DNA of 64,000 nucleotides from Candidatus Izemoplasmatales bacterium (GTDB taxonomy: Bacteria > Bacillota_I > Bacilli_A > Izemoplasmatales > Hujiaoplasmataceae). The stretch is from assembly GCA_050949045.1 (NCBI GenBank), contig JBMNEZ010000001.1, forward strand, positions 992,001-1,056,000. The letters run 5' to 3'. Within the stretch, counting starts at the first letter, position 1, and the number at the start of each line of letters is the position of its first letter. Positions 61,172 through 64,000 of this stretch are shown here, piece by piece. A program made the translations under genes and the position numbers. A model generated the notes under the pieces. It saw only the letters and a program-made list of their open reading frames with translations. It had not been told where the DNA came from and made no database searches.

Positions 61172-63241
61172 TTAACTGCTGCGTTTGGCGATGATTTCCT
61201 CGGCAATCAACTTCGGGCACTCTTCATAATGAGAGAATTGCATTGTGTAGGTCGCCCGTCCCTGGGTATTGGAACGCAAGGAAGTCGCATAACCGAACAT
61301 CTGGCTCAAGGGGACTTTGGCAGTCACTTTCTGAGCTTTCCCCTGCGTGTCTTGAGCTTCGATCTTGCCTCTTCTTGAAGTTAGATCGGCGATCACGTTC
61401 CCAAGGTATTCTTCAGGTGTTATGGCATCGACGACCATGATCGGTTCAAGCAAAGTCGGACGGCATTTTTCCCTGGCCTGTTTGAGTGCCATCGAAGCGG
61501 CGATCTTGAAAGCCATCTCCGAGGAATCGACTTCGTGATATGAACCATCATACAAAGTTGCCTTAATGTCGAGAACCGGGTAACCGGCGATGATCCCGCC
61601 CGCCAAAGTTTCCTGTAGTCCTTTATCGACAGCGGGGATGTATTCCTTGGGAACGACACCGCCGACGATTTTGTCAACGAATTCATAGCCTTTGCCGGGA
61701 TTCGGCTCGAATTTGATCCAGACATGCCCGTATTGGCCTTTTCCGCCGGTTTGACGGACGAAACGGCCTTCGCAGTTCGCTTCTTTGCGGATCGTTTCGC
61801 GATAGGAGACTTGCGGTCTACCGACTGTTGCCTCGACTTTGAATTCCCGCCGCATTCTGTCAACGAGGATCTCAAGATGCAATTCGCCCATTCCGGAGAT
61901 AATCGTCTGACCGGTCTCGGGATTGCTGTAGGTTCTAAAGGTCGGGTCTTCCTCAGACAGTTTTTTCAGAGCAATGCCTATCTTGTCCTGATCATTCTTG
62001 GTCTTGGGCTCGATTGCGACCGAAATCACCGGTTCGGGAAACTTCATTGATTCGAGAATCACATGAATATTGTTCGAACAGAGAGTATCGCCCGTGGTAG
62101 TGTCTTTGAAGCCGATGGCCGCGGCGATATCGCCGGAATAGACCTTGTCAATTTCGGTGCGGTGATTCGCATGCATTTGCAGGATCCGCCCCAGACGCTC
62201 TTTTTTTTCTTTTGAGGTATTCACGATGTATGACCCTTTTTCGACCACTCCCGAATAAACGCGGAAGAAAGTGAGTCTACCGACAAAGGGGTCAGTCATG
62301 ACCTTGAAGGCCAAGGCGACAAATTCCTTGTCGTCGTCATGATAGACGGTGACTTCCTTGCCTTGTTTGTTGTGTCCCTTTATCTGAGGGACCTCAACCG
62401 GGCTCGGAAGATAGTCGATCACGGCATCAAGCATCAGTTTTACACCTTTGTTTTTGAAGGCTGAACCGCAGAGAACGGGAAAGAAAGTCACCGACAGGGT
62501 TGCGGCACGGATCGCTCTTTTAAGCATCTTCTCATCGATTTCCCGGCCTTCAAGGTAATTCGTCATCAATTCATCATCGAAGTCGGCGACGGCTTCGATC
62601 AGTTTTGTTCTTCTTTCGTTTACAGTTTTGCGCAAAGAAGCTGGTATTTCGACCTCCACGAAGTTCTCATCCGGTTCACCGTCGAATTCGTATGCTTTCA
62701 TCATCACGATGTCGATGATCCCACGGAAATTTTCCTCAGCGCCGATCGGCCATTGAATCGCTTCGGCCTTGGCGCCCAAACGACTGTGGATCGTTTTGAT
62801 CGATTCCTGAAAATCAGCCCCGGTTTTGTCCATTTTGTTCGCAAAGACAATACGGGGGACATGATATTCGTTCGCCTGCCTCCAGACAGATTCTGTCTGC
62901 GGTTCGACGCCGGCTTGGGCGTCGAGCACGGTTACAGCACCATCCAGCACGCGAAGGGATCTCGAAACTTCGACAGTGAAGTCGACGTGGCCAGGAGTGT
63001 CAATGATGTTCACTCTGTAATTTTTCCAGAATGCTGTAGTCGCTGCAGCAGTGATGGTAATGCCACGTTCTTGTTCTTGTTCCATCCAGTCCATTTGCGA
63101 AGCGCCATCATGCGTCTCGCCCATTTTATGGATTTTTCCCGTGTGGTACAACACCCGTTCGGTCGTGGTCGTCTTGCCGGCGTCGATATGCGCCATGATC
63201 CCGATGTTGCGGGTCTTGTCCAAACTGAATTCACGTGCCAT
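61172..63241 (-). CDS. fusA: elongation factor G
   Basis: [23 protein letters not shown] and [11 protein letters not shown] motifs. Confidence 0.99.
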   Translation of the reverse strand: MAREFSLDKTRNIGIMAHIDAGKTTTTERVLYHTGKIHKMGETHDGASQMDWMEQEQERGITITAAATTAFWKNYRVNIIDTPGHVDFTVEVSRSLRVLDGAVTVLDAQAGVEPQTESVWRQANEYHVPRIVFANKMDKTGADFQESIKTIHSRLGAKAEAIQWPIGAEENFRGIIDIVMMKAYEFDGEPDENFVEVEIPASLRKTVNERRTKLIEAVADFDDELMTNYLEGREIDEKMLKRAIRAATLSVTFFPVLCGSAFKNKGVKLMLDAVIDYLPSPVEVPQIKGHNKQGKEVTVYHDDDKEFVALAFKVMTDPFVGRLTFFRVYSGVVEKGSYIVNTSKEKKERLGRILQMHANHRTEIDKVYSGDIAAAIGFKDTTTGDTLCSNNIHVILESMKFPEPVISVAIEPKTKNDQDKIGIALKKLSEEDPTFRTYSNPETGQTIISGMGELHLEILVDRMRREFKVEATVGRPQVSYRETIRKEANCEGRFVRQTGGKGQYGHVWIKFEPNPGKGYEFVDKIVGGVVPKEYIPAVDKGLQETLAGGIIAGYPVLDIKATLYDGSYHEVDSSEMAFKIAASMALKQAREKCRPTLLEPIMVVDAITPEEYLGNVIADLTSRRGKIEAQDTQGKAQKVTAKVPLSQMFGYATSLRSNTQGRATYTMQFSHYEECPKLIAEEIIAKRSS

Positions 63242-63264
63242 AACTTTTTATCCTTTCTTAATGA

Positions 63265-63735
63265 TTAGAAACGGTAGTGCGCGAATGCTCTGTTGGCTTC
63301 AGCCATCTTGTGCATGTCTTCGCGTTTCTTGACCGAGGCTCCTGTGCCGTTTGCGGCATCAATGATCTCTCTGGCTAAGCGTTCCTCCATCGTTTTTTCG
63401 TGACGGGACCGGGAATATTGAACCAACCATCTGAGTCCCAGTGTTACCCGACGGTCGCTGCGGACTTCGCTTGGAACCTGATAGTTCTGGCCGCCGATCC
63501 GGCGACTTCTGACTTCAAGGGAAGGCATGATGTTGTTGAGGGCTTCATTGAACACTTCCAGAGGTTCTTTTCCCGTTTGTTCTCTAACGCGTTCAAATGC
63601 GTTATATAGTATGTTTTGCGCAAGGTTTTTCTTGCCTTGGGTCATGATGTTGTTGATCAACTTGGTAACTAGTTTTGAGTTGTAGATCGGATCCGGTAAA
63701 ACATCCCTTTTGACAACTCTTGCTTTGCGAGGCAT
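63265..63735 (-). CDS. rpsG: 30S ribosomal protein S7
   Basis: [18 protein letters not shown] and [14 protein letters not shown] motifs. Confidence 0.99.
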   Translation of the reverse strand: MPRKARVVKRDVLPDPIYNSKLVTKLINNIMTQGKKNLAQNILYNAFERVREQTGKEPLEVFNEALNNIMPSLEVRSRRIGGQNYQVPSEVRSDRRVTLGLRWLVQYSRSRHEKTMEERLAREIIDAANGTGASVKKREDMHKMAEANRAFAHYRF

Positions 63736-63792
63736 AAGGCGTCTCCTCCTTTCAAAATGTTGTTATATGTGAAACAACCTTATCTGACCTGC

Positions 63793-64000
63793 TTATTTTT
63801 TTGCCGGAGCCGGTCTTTTCGCTCCATACTTGGAACGGCCTTGTTTCCTATCTTGAACAGCAGTCGTATCCAATGTCCCGCGGATAATGTGATAACGAAC
63901 ACCAGGTAGGTCTTTCACACGTCCGCCACGAATCAGAACAACACTGTGTTCTTGCAGTTTGTGGCCAATGCCGGGAATATACGCGTTCACTTCGCCACCG
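63793..64000 (-). CDS. rpsL: 30S ribosomal protein S12 (5' part outside window)
   Basis: [13 protein letters not shown] and [13 protein letters not shown] motifs. Confidence 0.98.
   Translation of the reverse strand, partial: GGEVNAYIPGIGHKLQEHSVVLIRGGRVKDLPGVRYHIIRGTLDTTAVQDRKQGRSKYGAKRPAPAKK

Overview
Bacterial chromosome segment with an Izemoplasmatales/Acholeplasmatales-like or Bacilli-related gene complement. The taxonomy is an inference from gene content and synteny. The genetic code is standard, since TGA ends several core genes. Almost every gene is on the minus strand, running toward a 16S rRNA gene whose 5' end is cut off at position 1. The core parts are housekeeping: rpsL-rpsG-fusA-tuf, tkt, tatD, ychF, a CinA-type gene, rpsF-ssb-rpsR, a GdpP-L9 fusion, dnaB, prfA-prmC, topA, ftsY-ylxM-ffh, an FtsK/SftA translocase, lepB-rbgA-rnhB, rpiB-upp, a Na+-type V/A-ATPase operon, dut, and rpsB-tsf-pyrH-frr-uppS-cdsA-dxr-rseP. 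Between two terminators (about 26040-42840) lies an AT-richer accessory island of about 17 kb, which is a polymorphic-toxin-like locus. It holds a 2283-aa secreted WapA-like Rhs protein with a HExxH C-terminal tip, candidate lipoprotein immunity genes and orphan C-terminal cassettes. It also holds a sister protein that shares the Rhs N-terminal chassis but ends in a papain-fold (C39-like) peptidase, followed by a tandemly duplicated, locally hypervariable lipoprotein. The peptidase module is bracketed by the left and right ends of decayed IS3-family sequence. Start codons were adjusted by eye where a ribosome-binding site (RBS) supported a different start from the ORF track.
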